DNA of 64,000 nt from Thermoproteota archaeon (GCA_021324265.1 JAJPJK010000008.1:33041-97040); one strand, 5' to 3'; counted from the first letter of the stretch, positions 1-10,228 are shown. Translations and numbers: made by a program. The notes: a model not told the origin generated them from the sequence alone.

Positions 1-440
1 TCATTGACCAAAGCCATCGCTATCCCTACCCTTCTCTGAGTACCTCCAGATAGCTCTTCATATTTCCTTTTTCTTATGTCCCAGAGATCCATAAGCTCGA
101 GAATACGCTTAACATCATCATTGGTTTTATTGTATACCTTCGCAATAAAAGAAACATTCTCCTCAACAGTCAAAAGATCAAAGGCTGCGAAATTCTGAGG
201 CATAACACCTATCCTTTTCTTTATCTCATTAGCTTCACTCAGCTCGAAGCCAAGAATAAAAGCTTTGCCTGAATCAGGCTTTCTTAGACATTCCAGTATC
301 TCAACAGTAGTTGTTTTACCAGAGCCGTTGGGGCCTAAGTATCCAAAAATTTCGCCTTGCTCAACATAGAAGCTTATACCATCTATAGCAACGACATTTC
401 CATATCTCTTAGTCAAGGAATTCACTTCAATAATCTTCAT
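1..440 (-). CDS. ABC transporter ATP-binding protein (DrrA/CcmA-like), truncated by the window edge
   Basis: Not in the ORF track. Hand translation from ATG at 440 gives MKIIEVNSLTKRYGNVVAIDGISF...GYLGPNGSGKTT (Walker A)...ELSGGTQRRVGIAMALVN (signature). Confidence 0.9.
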   Translation of the reverse strand, partial: MKIIEVNSLTKRYGNVVAIDGISFYVEQGEIFGYLGPNGSGKTTTVEILECLRKPDSGKAFILGFELSEANEIKKRIGVMPQNFAAFDLLTVEENVSFIAKVYNKTNDDVKRILELMDLWDIRKRKYEELSGGTQRRVGIAMALVN

Positions 441-494
441 GGATCAAAAAATTACACATTGAAAACTTAAAAATATTCGTTAGATATTCGATAC

Positions 495-1109
495 ATGAGC
501 AAGTCTTCGAAAGGACTAAGTAACGCTATCATCGTCTTAGTGATTTATATAATTGCATTCGTAATTGTTTCTGCCATACTACAATATTTGATCGTCCAAT
601 TCCTTCCCACTTATAAAATCGATTTGAGCATGTATTCTTCTTATATATTCATTTTGCTCTCTCTTGCATTCGGAATATTAATAGGTTTTGCCTTTGCTAA
701 CGTTATTTATGAAAGTCTGAAGCAAAGACAGCCAGAGTCAACAGCCCTTGCAGTAAGAAACGTGATTAGGATTGTTGCCATAGGAGCAGTTTTAGCCTCT
801 ATAGCCGGAGGTGTAGCAGGCGGAGCAGCAGGTGTAGCATTGGGAGGCTTTTTAGCACTTGTTATAGGCTTTGCAAGCCAGCAAGTTCTAGGACAGGTTA
901 TAGCAGGGCTTTTCATCTTGATCGCTAGACCTTTTAAAATCGGAGAAAGAGTTGTCCTTTTAGGTGATGAAGGCGAAGTGCTAGATGTAGGCTCGCTATT
1001 TGTAAAAATTAAAAAAGATGATGAAACGATTGTCCTCATTCCAAACAGCTCTATAATCTCACAAAAGATATATTTAAAACGTTCAAATCAAACGAACAAA
1101 AACCTTTGA
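495..1109 (+). CDS. mscS: Small-conductance mechanosensitive channel (MscS family)
   Basis: Three TM helices, Gly/Ala-rich TM3 (GFASQQVLGQVIAG), RPFKIGE motif, IPNS motif. Confidence 0.85.
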   Translation: MSKSSKGLSNAIIVLVIYIIAFVIVSAILQYLIVQFLPTYKIDLSMYSSYIFILLSLAFGILIGFAFANVIYESLKQRQPESTALAVRNVIRIVAIGAVLASIAGGVAGGAAGVALGGFLALVIGFASQQVLGQVIAGLFILIARPFKIGERVVLLGDEGEVLDVGSLFVKIKKDDETIVLIPNSSIISQKIYLKRSNQTNKNL

Positions 1110-1380
1110 CCCAACTTACTATAAACTTGCCTTAAGAGCATTTGAATTGCTACCAATCTCTATTCCAACATAATGGGCGTCACCTAAAAATCCTTAAGAT
1201 AATACTTATAAAATTTATTACGATAATCAAGCCATTCTTTTGTAAATTTTACGAGCTTGATTCATATTCTTTAGTATATATTCCATTTTTTACGTTATAA
1301 TTCGAATATTGTTCATGTGATGAAAAATCTCATAAAGAGTAGACTTATTTTTTTAAGAACGTATCCCATCTACCTTCGCA

Positions 1381-2775
1381 ATGAATGTGAATGAAATAAG
1401 GGTGCTTGAGAAATTCACTATAGACAATTACAACTATGTTATAGATAAGATATCAGAAAGAAAGAAAAGTTACTTCAGTAACCTTATCATATCATCAGGT
1501 CTTGCGGCCCTTGCATTTTCAAAGATGCAAAGCATAACTAATAGCGCGGATCTCATTATATACTCGTTAAAGTTTTGTTGGATCTTACCCTTGCCCATAT
1601 TTGTATTGAGCAACGTTGGTAAGTACAATCTCATAAGCAAAGAAGATCTCTTTCTTGAACCTGAGAAAATCATAACTGAGGCTAGATCAAAGCAATATAT
1701 GATAATCTTCCAAATAGTTACAAAAGGTACTAATATCAAAGCATTAGAACGATCAATCTTATCCGTAAAATATTGGATTTCAAAAATAAAGGAAAAATAC
1801 CATTATGATATCAATTCTGAAATATGGCTCGTCGTAGATGAAGAATACAAGGATAACGTAGAACATCTCATTGACGGAAACGTTAGGTTAATCGAAATCC
1901 CAAGAGATTTCACAACTAAAAAAGACACGAAATATAAAGCAAGAGCACTCGAATATGCAAATCTGATTAGAAGAAAGCTCGGCCTTAATAAAGCTAATGT
2001 ATGGGTTTATCATCAAGATGAGGAAACATGTGTGGGCGAGGACACAATAATGGGAATTCTTGAATTTGCAAACAAAGGAAATAAGCATATAGGATGTGGT
2101 ATGATAATTTATCCCTTAGATTGGAAAAATGAAGTAACTTACGCTGAAGAGATGTTAAGATCCGCTGATGACCTTAGGCTTCTTTCACTGATAAAGCAAG
2201 GTAAATTGCCCTTCGGTTACCATGGATCCCATTTTTTAACTAGAGCAGATATAGAGGATGAAATAGGTTGGGATTTCGGTGAAAACAGAGCTGAGGATAT
2301 GCTTTTCTATCTAAATGCTCAAAAAAAATCTAAGGAGTTAGGTCTGCTAAAGGGCTTTGCTTATGAGAAAGCACCTCAAAACGTTATAGATTTCTTAAAA
2401 CAGCGAAGCAGGTGGATAAAAGGTGCTTTTGATACACTTAAAAGTAGAGAATTAAACATCAGAGAAAAACCTATTATTATCTATAGTATTTTACTCTGGT
2501 ACCTCGCAATTCCTTCAATAGCGGTATCTATACTTTCAATATTCTTTCCAGGTGGAATATCACCATATCTTGGTTTCATATCAGGCTTTGTATGGTATTC
2601 CCTTATAGATAATTACAGGATAGGCTATGAAATGAATGCTAACTATATTGAGGGAGAGATAGATATAAGAAAACTCATATTCAACATGGTTAAGGGAGCT
2701 ATTTTAGAAGCAATTGCTCCGTGGTATTCACTATTCAAAAAAACCAAGGAATTTGAGATAATTAAGAAAGACTAA
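1381..2775 (+). CDS. Membrane GT2 glycosyltransferase, Egghead/BRE-3 (beta-1,4-mannosyltransferase)-like
   Basis: KARALEYA, WVYHQDEET, GYHGS, RAED and QRSRW motifs; TM helices at both ends. Confidence 0.8.
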   Translation: MNVNEIRVLEKFTIDNYNYVIDKISERKKSYFSNLIISSGLAALAFSKMQSITNSADLIIYSLKFCWILPLPIFVLSNVGKYNLISKEDLFLEPEKIITEARSKQYMIIFQIVTKGTNIKALERSILSVKYWISKIKEKYHYDINSEIWLVVDEEYKDNVEHLIDGNVRLIEIPRDFTTKKDTKYKARALEYANLIRRKLGLNKANVWVYHQDEETCVGEDTIMGILEFANKGNKHIGCGMIIYPLDWKNEVTYAEEMLRSADDLRLLSLIKQGKLPFGYHGSHFLTRADIEDEIGWDFGENRAEDMLFYLNAQKKSKELGLLKGFAYEKAPQNVIDFLKQRSRWIKGAFDTLKSRELNIREKPIIIYSILLWYLAIPSIAVSILSIFFPGGISPYLGFISGFVWYSLIDNYRIGYEMNANYIEGEIDIRKLIFNMVKGAILEAIAPWYSLFKKTKEFEIIKKD

Positions 2776-2776
2776 A

Positions 2777-3694
2777 TTATATTTCGTATCCTGCTATTCT
2801 CGTCTTAGTCTTGAAAATCCTGCCCATCCTGTCTATGGTGAGTTCTATTTCTTCGCCGAAACCCTTGCTTTCCAAAGCTACCTGAAGCTCTATTGGATTA
2901 CTAACCTTCTTGCCATCCGCCTCGAAAATTATATCGCCTAACATGACTCCTGAATCCTTTGCAGGACTCCTAGGAGAAATTCTTATTACTAGTAAACCTT
3001 CAGATCTAGGAAGATCATAATACGAGGCCATAGCTTTATTTACAGCCATTACGACCATTCCTAAATAGGGTCTTATATATTTCCCAAACTTCGTATATGA
3101 ACGTAGTAAACCTTGAATAAGCTCGGAAGGAATTGCGAAACCTATACCTTGGGCAAAAGGTATCATAGCAGTAACAATTCCTATAACTTCACCTTTGACA
3201 TTCACAAGTGGGCCTCCGCTATTGCCAGGATTAACTGCAGCATCAGTCTGCATTACATATAAAGCCTCACCAGTAGGTGAAACGATAGTTCTCCCTGTTG
3301 CACTAACGACACCAAGCGTAACGCTCCTTAAACCCAAAGGATTACCTATAGCTAGCACTAGGTCTCCGATGCTATAATCGGTAGATAACTTGAGCGCAGA
3401 TATGGAGAGCTTAGACTTAAGAAGTGCAAGATCGTAAAATGGATTGATAGCAACGACTTGAGCGCTAGCAATGTTTCCTTCCTTATCGATTATCGCGATT
3501 TCCCTAGCATTCCTAATAACATGATATGAAGTAAGGAAATGGTTTTCAATAACTGAAAATCCAGAACCAATTCCTTCCCTGAGAGATGGAGAGAGGAATT
3601 CATCAAGTGCTACTTCTCGAGTTAATATGGCAACGACGGATTTGCTCGTATTCTCTGCCAATTCCTTTATTTCCTGATTAATTTTTTCCAACAT
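2777..3694 (-). CDS. HtrA/DegP-family serine protease with PDZ domain
   Basis: GIGSGF, TSYHV, DLALL and TDAAVNPGNSGGP catalytic motifs; C-terminal PDZ (SPAKDSGV..GD). Confidence 0.93.
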   Translation of the reverse strand: MLEKINQEIKELAENTSKSVVAILTREVALDEFLSPSLREGIGSGFSVIENHFLTSYHVIRNAREIAIIDKEGNIASAQVVAINPFYDLALLKSKLSISALKLSTDYSIGDLVLAIGNPLGLRSVTLGVVSATGRTIVSPTGEALYVMQTDAAVNPGNSGGPLVNVKGEVIGIVTAMIPFAQGIGFAIPSELIQGLLRSYTKFGKYIRPYLGMVVMAVNKAMASYYDLPRSEGLLVIRISPRSPAKDSGVMLGDIIFEADGKKVSNPIELQVALESKGFGEEIELTIDRMGRIFKTKTRIAGYEI

Positions 3695-3726
3695 GAAGAA
3701 ATGTTATATAAAGACACATATATCTT

Positions 3727-4851
3727 CTATTGTGGAAGTTCAAGTACTTCTTTGTAAAGCTCAAATATCTGATCAGCAATGATTCTGATATCAAATCTCT
3801 TTACAGTTCTCAACGCATTCACTGAAAGACTCTGATACTCTAAAGGATTAAGCTCAAGCATCTTATTCATTGCTAAGGCTAACTCTTTAACACTGTCCGC
3901 CTTCACTAACATACCGTTCTTCTCATTTACTACACTAGGAATTCCTCCTACCTGAGTGGCAATTACAGGCTTGCCGCAGGCAAAAGCCTCTAAAATCACC
4001 ATTCCAAAAGGCTCAAATCTTGATGGAAGCACAAGAAATCTACAATGTTGGTAATATCTTATCAATTCATATCTTGGAATTCCAACTTTCAGTATCACGT
4101 TATCTCTGAGCTTTAATCTATCAAGCATGTCTTGGATATACTGCCTTGAACCTTCGCCGATTATAACAAGACGTACTTCCTTATGCTTTTTAATGACTTC
4201 AACAAAGGCCTTAAGCAATATATCTATTCCCTTTTGATCAATATCAAATCGACCGACAAAAAGGATATAGTCTATACCCAAATCAGGAGTTTGAATTTTA
4301 AACCTTTCAAGGTTAAGACCAATTGGAATGTACGAGAGATTTTTTCTAGCTATTCCACTGCGAATGAGATAATCTTTTTCGACCTCGCTAATGGCGATGA
4401 TTCTATCTGCATAACGATAAATTTCCCTTGCGATTACATTCATCAATCTTCTTTTAACACTTTTCCTTCCAGGATCAGAATGAGTTTGGATGATATGCCT
4501 TACTCCTTTTAACGCCTTGCAAACAGCACCTATGTAGGTTGTGAAATAACCAAATGAATGTGAATGTATTAAATCTATGTCCTCTCTCCTTAATACTTCA
4601 GAAAGCATATTAAAAGAAAAATATCCTAAGCCTCTAGGAAGTAAGGGCATGCAATTATGTGCGCTAAAGCGCTTAACATATGGGAAATCCTTGATTATAT
4701 TTAAACGTTCTTTTGTTTCAAAATTATAAAAATCAGTTGTAAAAATCTCAACATCTATACTATTCATTTGAACTTGCACAAGATCAAAAACGAAATTTTC
4801 GACACCTCCTATAGAGGGTAAAAACTTTGGTACAAGATGAACAACTTTCAT
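3727..4851 (-). CDS. GT4 glycosyltransferase
   Basis: GGVE, FVGR and EPFGMVILEAFACGKPV motifs. Start moved from 4917 to ATG 4851 (MKVVHLVP), which overlaps the upstream stop as ATGA. Confidence 0.9.
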   Translation of the reverse strand: MKVVHLVPKFLPSIGGVENFVFDLVQVQMNSIDVEIFTTDFYNFETKERLNIIKDFPYVKRFSAHNCMPLLPRGLGYFSFNMLSEVLRREDIDLIHSHSFGYFTTYIGAVCKALKGVRHIIQTHSDPGRKSVKRRLMNVIAREIYRYADRIIAISEVEKDYLIRSGIARKNLSYIPIGLNLERFKIQTPDLGIDYILFVGRFDIDQKGIDILLKAFVEVIKKHKEVRLVIIGEGSRQYIQDMLDRLKLRDNVILKVGIPRYELIRYYQHCRFLVLPSRFEPFGMVILEAFACGKPVIATQVGGIPSVVNEKNGMLVKADSVKELALAMNKMLELNPLEYQSLSVNALRTVKRFDIRIIADQIFELYKEVLELPQ

Positions 4852-5951
4852 GATAAGATTCTGAAAACTAAGATGAAAATAGCGATAAGTATCAAAAGAC
4901 CCGACAACAAAGACCAAATAGGAAAAGCGTAATAACTCCCTATAACTCTAAGCAACACCCCAATATTGTAAATGACTAAGGCCTCAAATCTCATTGATTT
5001 AAGTGGATCAGTTTTAGAAAAAAGATTAGACACGAATATTGGAGCGAAAGCGAAAATGGTATTACCTATAAACCCCAAGGAAACACTATGAATGAACATA
5101 TCAATATTTATAATGTTTGAAACGAAGAATAGTAATCCTAAAATAATCCAAATGTAGGACACAATCATTGCGCCTTGATTATAATATACTAATTTTTTTT
5201 CTCTTGGACCAAATTTATGTATAGTAAGTGGCCTTTTACTTTCAAAGATCCTTAACGAAAATGCCATAATTATAAAACTTACAAAAAATGATAGTAGTGA
5301 ATAATACAAATTTAAAAAAAGAGTCAGATGAAGGAAAAGCGAAAGAAGAGACACGATCATGAATAATAGGGAACAGTGTGTTAAAATTCTATAGTTGATT
5401 GTCTGCCTAACAGCAACCATCCTCACTTCTACTGCATAAATTAAAGAACCAATAAAACCCAAGAAGAAAAGGAGTTGACTTTCAAACGTTAATTGCCCAA
5501 TAATAAGCAAAGAAAAAGAAAAAAGGAAAAAGGAAAGGCTAGACAAAATGAAAAAAGGATCTGCTTCAGGAAAATTAGCCTTTATCAAGGAGAATCTGAT
5601 AAAGTAAAATACTAAAAATAAAGAAGAAATTAGTAAAATTAAAGCACTAATTTCTATAAAAAAAGTATTAAAATAACTGATAATAAATAATATAAATGAT
5701 AAATCATATAATATTAGAACTGAAAGAATTACATTTTTCATATATATATTTGAAGACTTGAATTTAGGCAACATATTCAAAGCTATTCCAGACACGAAAT
5801 AAACAAGGGAGTAAATCTGGAAATAAGGATGCCAATATATTAACAAGGAAGGATTTCCAGCTCTAGCAATGTATAAAAGGCCCAAAATGGTTCCTACGAG
5901 GAGTATCGAAAAAGCTTTGTATAAAAATAGACGCTCAAGTGTTGGCTTCAT
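4848..5951 (-). CDS. Polytopic membrane protein, NnrS-like
   Basis: About 11-12 hydrophobic helices with intramembrane His motifs (WHPYFQIY, FIHSVSLGFIG) reminiscent of NnrS. Confidence 0.5.
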   Translation of the reverse strand: MKPTLERLFLYKAFSILLVGTILGLLYIARAGNPSLLIYWHPYFQIYSLVYFVSGIALNMLPKFKSSNIYMKNVILSVLILYDLSFILFIISYFNTFFIEISALILLISSLFLVFYFIRFSLIKANFPEADPFFILSSLSFFLFSFSLLIIGQLTFESQLLFFLGFIGSLIYAVEVRMVAVRQTINYRILTHCSLLFMIVSLLSLFLHLTLFLNLYYSLLSFFVSFIIMAFSLRIFESKRPLTIHKFGPREKKLVYYNQGAMIVSYIWIILGLLFFVSNIINIDMFIHSVSLGFIGNTIFAFAPIFVSNLFSKTDPLKSMRFEALVIYNIGVLLRVIGSYYAFPIWSLLSGLLILIAIFILVFRILS

Positions 5952-6030
5952 CTATTACATACACGATTCAATTAAAATAAATCTAAAAGGGCTTAGCCCT
6001 ATAAATAGGAGATAAACTTAGAGTATATGA

Positions 6031-7380
6031 ATGAGAAGAACGAAAATCATAGCGACGCTCGGACCTAGCTCTACTCAGAGAATAAAAGAAATGCTCGAAT
6101 ATGTAGACATTTTCAGGATAAACTTTGCTCATGGCGACGAGGAAAGCCATAAGTTATATTTTGATATCATAAGAGAAGCTAAGAAAGATATACCTATTCT
6201 TGTTGATCTCCCTGGCCCAAAAATGAGGATAGGTGATATAAGTAAAGAAATGCTGCTTCGTCCAGGAGACAAAATAGTATTTTCGCAAAAAGAAGGTATA
6301 CCCGTTGAAGATATGAACTTTTATAAAATGGTCAAAAAAGATTCTGAAATACTTGTTGCCGACGGTAACATAAAAATTAAAATAGTTAACAAAGGAGAAG
6401 ACTTTGCCGAGGGAATTGTAATAGAAGGAGGCATACTTAGGTCTAGAAAGGGCATCAACATACCAGAAACTGAACTCGAATCAGGAGTAACTCCTAATGA
6501 TTTACGTTTGTTGGATGAAGCGTTAAAGCTTGGTGCAGATTTCATAGGTTTGTCCTTCGTGCTAAGTGAGAAGGATATAATAAAAATCAAGGAAATAGTA
6601 AAGGGGAATGTATGGATCATAGCTAAAATAGAGAAAAATCAAGCACTAAAGAAATTGGAAGCGATCATTAGAGAGAGCGACGGTATCATGGTAGCCAGAG
6701 GAGATTTAGGTCTAGAAATAGGTCTAGAAAGACTACCTTTTGTTCAAAAAAGGATAATTAAAGAATCAAGACATGCAGGAAAGCCCGTCATATTAGCTAC
6801 ACAGGTACTGAACTCGATGGTGAACAATCCAATACCAACAAGGGCTGAGGCTACAGACATAGTGAATGCTATAATTGAAGGCGTTGATGCCATCTTATTA
6901 ACAGATGAAACAGCCGAAGGCAAGTATCCAGTTGAAGCAATACAATATTTGGATAAAATAATAACTTACGCCGAAGCTAGGATTCGAAATAATAGACCTA
7001 AGCCAAGAGACGAAATCGATGATGCAATTGCACTAGCTATAGTAGAAATCGCAGAAATAGCGAACGCCAAGCTTATATTTGTTCATAGCAGAACAGGAAG
7101 CTCAATTATGCGGGTCTCACGTTTTAGACCCAGAGTAGACATAATCGGTCTATGCAAGTCGGAGCAAATTGCAAAGAGACTAAAGCTTTGCTATGGAGTA
7201 ACCCCCCTATTACTCAAAAAGGAGTTAAAAAATCTCAACCAAATAGTTTCATTTTGTGAGAGATTTTATAGGAGGAAATTTAGGAAGACAGGAAGAATCG
7301 TAATAGCAGGTGGGGATCCAAGATCAAAGGAAGGAAAGACGGACTTCATAAAGTTACATGAAATAAACACAGAGAGCTAA
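6031..7380 (+). CDS. pyk: Pyruvate kinase
   Basis: RRTKIIATLGP, RINFAHG, DLPGPKMR, IIAKIE, MVARGDLG, ATQVL, PTRAE. Confidence 0.97.
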   Translation: MRRTKIIATLGPSSTQRIKEMLEYVDIFRINFAHGDEESHKLYFDIIREAKKDIPILVDLPGPKMRIGDISKEMLLRPGDKIVFSQKEGIPVEDMNFYKMVKKDSEILVADGNIKIKIVNKGEDFAEGIVIEGGILRSRKGINIPETELESGVTPNDLRLLDEALKLGADFIGLSFVLSEKDIIKIKEIVKGNVWIIAKIEKNQALKKLEAIIRESDGIMVARGDLGLEIGLERLPFVQKRIIKESRHAGKPVILATQVLNSMVNNPIPTRAEATDIVNAIIEGVDAILLTDETAEGKYPVEAIQYLDKIITYAEARIRNNRPKPRDEIDDAIALAIVEIAEIANAKLIFVHSRTGSSIMRVSRFRPRVDIIGLCKSEQIAKRLKLCYGVTPLLLKKELKNLNQIVSFCERFYRRKFRKTGRIVIAGGDPRSKEGKTDFIKLHEINTES

Positions 7381-8174
7381 ATTTCTATTCTTGCATTTTC
7401 CTTCATGGAATACTCGTAAAAGGATTCAGGATAAAGCTTCACATTCTCATGCTTAAGCATCTTTTTCAATATAAGCCATGCTAGCGATGCCCTCTCTCCT
7501 GTAGTGCAATAGGTTATGATCTTGTTATGCTTCAATGCTAATTCCTTTAGCTGTTGCATAGCGCTTTCATCACCATATAGCACATTTACCAAAATCTCAG
7601 GATCTAAAATATATGCAGCAGGTATCTTTCCAGCTTTAGGAGTAGTTTTTATCTTCCCTTGTACTTCTTCTAACTTCCTTACATCAATTAAAAAAGCATT
7701 ATCTAAACCTTCAACCACTTTCATAACTTCCTCAAAGTTTGAGCGTATTTCATTTCTTATTCTTGCTTTATACTCCTTAGCTACAGGCTTAGGAACTCCT
7801 CTTTCAAGGGGTAAATTTTTTCTCTCCCATTCTTCCATACCACCTTTGAGAAGCATTATTTCCTCTTGGCCTAAGTATTCAAGGAACCAGTAAAGATACG
7901 CTGCGCCTGATGAGCTTATCCTATCATATGCAATGATGACTTTGTCTTCGTTTGAAATCCCATTCTTACCAAGAACTTTTACTAGCTCATCGATTTCTTT
8001 AGGCTTACTAGGATATCCTTTGCTATGCTGAGTTAAATCTGGGATATAGAACCAATTTGCTCTAGGTATATGACCCTTCACATATTTCCAAAAGGCTCTA
8101 ACATCAACTATATTGGTTTCATTTGATACGTTAATTACCTCCTCTGGCTCTATGAATAAGAGCTTATTGACCAC
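7377..8174 (-). CDS. Tandem-domain rhodanese / sulfurtransferase
   Basis: DVR..Y.KGHIPRA, LLKGG..EW, active-site YCTTGERAS. Confidence 0.9.
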   Translation of the reverse strand: MVNKLLFIEPEEVINVSNETNIVDVRAFWKYVKGHIPRANWFYIPDLTQHSKGYPSKPKEIDELVKVLGKNGISNEDKVIIAYDRISSSGAAYLYWFLEYLGQEEIMLLKGGMEEWERKNLPLERGVPKPVAKEYKARIRNEIRSNFEEVMKVVEGLDNAFLIDVRKLEEVQGKIKTTPKAGKIPAAYILDPEILVNVLYGDESAMQQLKELALKHNKIITYCTTGERASLAWLILKKMLKHENVKLYPESFYEYSMKENARIEI

Positions 8175-9333
8175 CGTATCTCTTTCTCAGCTCGTTAGCT
8201 GCACTGCTTATAGACCTAAGTTTATTGAATGCTACTCTAGGCGTTGCTAAAGGTACCTCTGCGAATGTACCGAAACCACAGTCTGGATTTAAATAAACCT
8301 TAGAAGCATCTACGAAGCGAAGGATTTTTTCTACGCGCTCAATGATTTCATTTGGGGCTTCAACTACATCATTCCTTGGGTTTACTACACCAAAACCTAT
8401 TTCCTTTTCACCCAAATAATCTCTGAGCGCCTCTACATCGCCGGCCCTGGGAGTTGCAAATTCCAAAACGAGTTGATTAACTTTAGTTTCAGCTAAAAAC
8501 GGCATTAAGGGCACATAATCACCTTTGAGCAAAGCTTCTTCCTTTTTACTCCAATTACCTCTGCAAACGTGAATTCCAAGCTTTACTCCAGCTACACCCT
8601 TAACAGCTTCATTTATGAGCTCAACTGCGAAATCCAGCTCCTCTTTAGGATTCTCTCTACTGAAAAGTGCAGCGCACATGAAAGTTTGCTCAACTTGCTC
8701 TCCGTAGACAACCTCTGTGAGTACAGGTTCATCAAGCTGTACAAAATCAACTCCAATTTCTTTAAGTGCAAGGATTTCCTCTCTTATCAACCTAGCTATT
8801 TCATAGCCTAGCTCTTCCCTAGAACGATAATACTTGTCACTTATTCCTGGAACCCAGCTTGCACGTGTGAGCAAATAGGGACCTGGCAAAGGTACCTTTA
8901 TGCCCCTGCTTGTATGAGCCTTCAAGAAAATTGCTTCATCTCGAGCTATACCTTTGCTACCTAGCTCAAGCTTAGAAGTTACCACAGGATTTCTTATGGA
9001 GAAAGCTGGCACATCGAGCCTTCTAAGAATAGCCTCAAATCTACTCTTATCTGGTACTATATCGACGATCTCTGCAATGGACTTTAACTCTATTCCCTTA
9101 ACTTTGTCAGCAACGAAAGAATAAAAATTATCTCTTCTTTGCTCACCATCGCTCAATATATCTACACCTGCATCTTCCTGATACTTTATAGCACTCAATA
9201 CAGCTTCATTTGCAATAAGATTGAAAGCCTCTTGATTGAGCAAGCCATCTCTCTTCATTTTAAGCGCTCTTAATAGCCAACCCGGTCTAGGCCAGCTCCC
9301 TACAACTGTTACTGGAAATAGCTTCTTGTCCAT
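8164..9333 (-). CDS. Cobalamin-independent methionine synthase core (MetE C-terminal / Meth_synt_2) protein
   Basis: VVGSWPRP, DGEQRR, VQLDEP, zinc ligands HVCRGN, LEFA and NPDCGF; no N-terminal folate-binding barrel. Confidence 0.88.
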   Translation of the reverse strand: MDKKLFPVTVVGSWPRPGWLLRALKMKRDGLLNQEAFNLIANEAVLSAIKYQEDAGVDILSDGEQRRDNFYSFVADKVKGIELKSIAEIVDIVPDKSRFEAILRRLDVPAFSIRNPVVTSKLELGSKGIARDEAIFLKAHTSRGIKVPLPGPYLLTRASWVPGISDKYYRSREELGYEIARLIREEILALKEIGVDFVQLDEPVLTEVVYGEQVEQTFMCAALFSRENPKEELDFAVELINEAVKGVAGVKLGIHVCRGNWSKKEEALLKGDYVPLMPFLAETKVNQLVLEFATPRAGDVEALRDYLGEKEIGFGVVNPRNDVVEAPNEIIERVEKILRFVDASKVYLNPDCGFGTFAEVPLATPRVAFNKLRSISSAANELRKRYGGQ

Positions 9334-9344
9334 TACCTTATTAT

Positions 9345-9495
9345 CATCCTCTCAGGTATTATTCCTTAATAATAAATTCTTATAAAGGTGAGGCTTTCAT
9401 ACATAGCTAAGTCTCATCATACAAAACAACTTTTGCTGGAATTAATGCACAAAAACTTGAAAATTATAATCATGCTGAAGAATCCTGAGAGGATG
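9345..9495. repeat. 12-bp perfect inverted repeat: CATCCTCTCAGG (9345-9356) / CCTGAGAGGATG (9484-9495)
   Basis: Read directly; one arm lies 12 nt upstream of the MetE-core start codon. Confidence 0.7.
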
Positions 9496-9634
9496 GCGAT
9501 GAGAAAAAGGCTCAGAAACTCAACATACAGAATGGGTAAAAATGTCAGGACATGTTACACGAATTACCATTATTATATCAAAAGCCTAGACTTGTATAGT
9601 TTCAATAATGAACGTTTTACTTACATCAGAAACT

Positions 9635-10171
9635 TTACTTCACTATCTTTATCTCTGGTATTATCTCTACAGTTCTAGTAAGCGAATTCCCAACGGGCGA
9701 AGAGCGTAAAGTCTCTTCCCATATTTCCTTTATGGTGTTATCATCAGCATCGGCATCTACATAGAGCTTTACTTTAATCGTCTTATAGCCAGGATTACCT
9801 TCTTTTTCTATACCTAAAAATACCAAGATATTCTCTATCTCTCCTTCCAACGCGATCTCGAAATTCCTTATCCTAATACCCCTTTTGGTAGCATTTAAAA
9901 CAAAGCCTGTAGCATAACATGCACCAAGTGCCGATAATAAATATTCTACTGCATTAGGACTTGTATCAGGACCGCCCAGCTCAGCGGGTTCAGATACTAG
10001 GAAAGAATGATTACGAACATAGGATTTGAAATTGAATCCCTCACCGAGCCACCTAATCCATGCTGTCCGCTTATTTACTTTTGCTACTAGATCCTTATTA
10101 TTCTCGATCTCCTTCATTACCTCCTTCAACTTATTCACATTTATGCCATTGATAATTTCTGGACCTTGCAT
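9635..10171 (-). CDS. OsmC family protein
   Basis: INGIN N-terminus, EPAELGGPDTSPNAVEYLLSALGAC, SPV. Start ATG 10171 preferred over 10213 because TTTATAAC (10200-10193) sits about 29 nt upstream. Confidence 0.88.
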   Translation of the reverse strand: MQGPEIINGINVNKLKEVMKEIENNKDLVAKVNKRTAWIRWLGEGFNFKSYVRNHSFLVSEPAELGGPDTSPNAVEYLLSALGACYATGFVLNATKRGIRIRNFEIALEGEIENILVFLGIEKEGNPGYKTIKVKLYVDADADDNTIKEIWEETLRSSPVGNSLTRTVEIIPEIKIVK

Positions 10172-10228
10172 AAGATGATAGAATCTATTCGAGTTATAAA
10201 GCTGTGCTAGCAATCGTTGATTATCCGC

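Noticed and set aside
9345-9495. MITE, SAM/TPP riboswitch or C/D sRNA reading of the inverted repeat
   Set aside because: No target-site duplication, and only fragmentary box or aptamer matches.
9388-9678. 96-aa plus-strand ORF between the MetE-core gene and osmC
   Set aside because: No recognisable motif, and it overlaps the osmC 3' end on the opposite strand.
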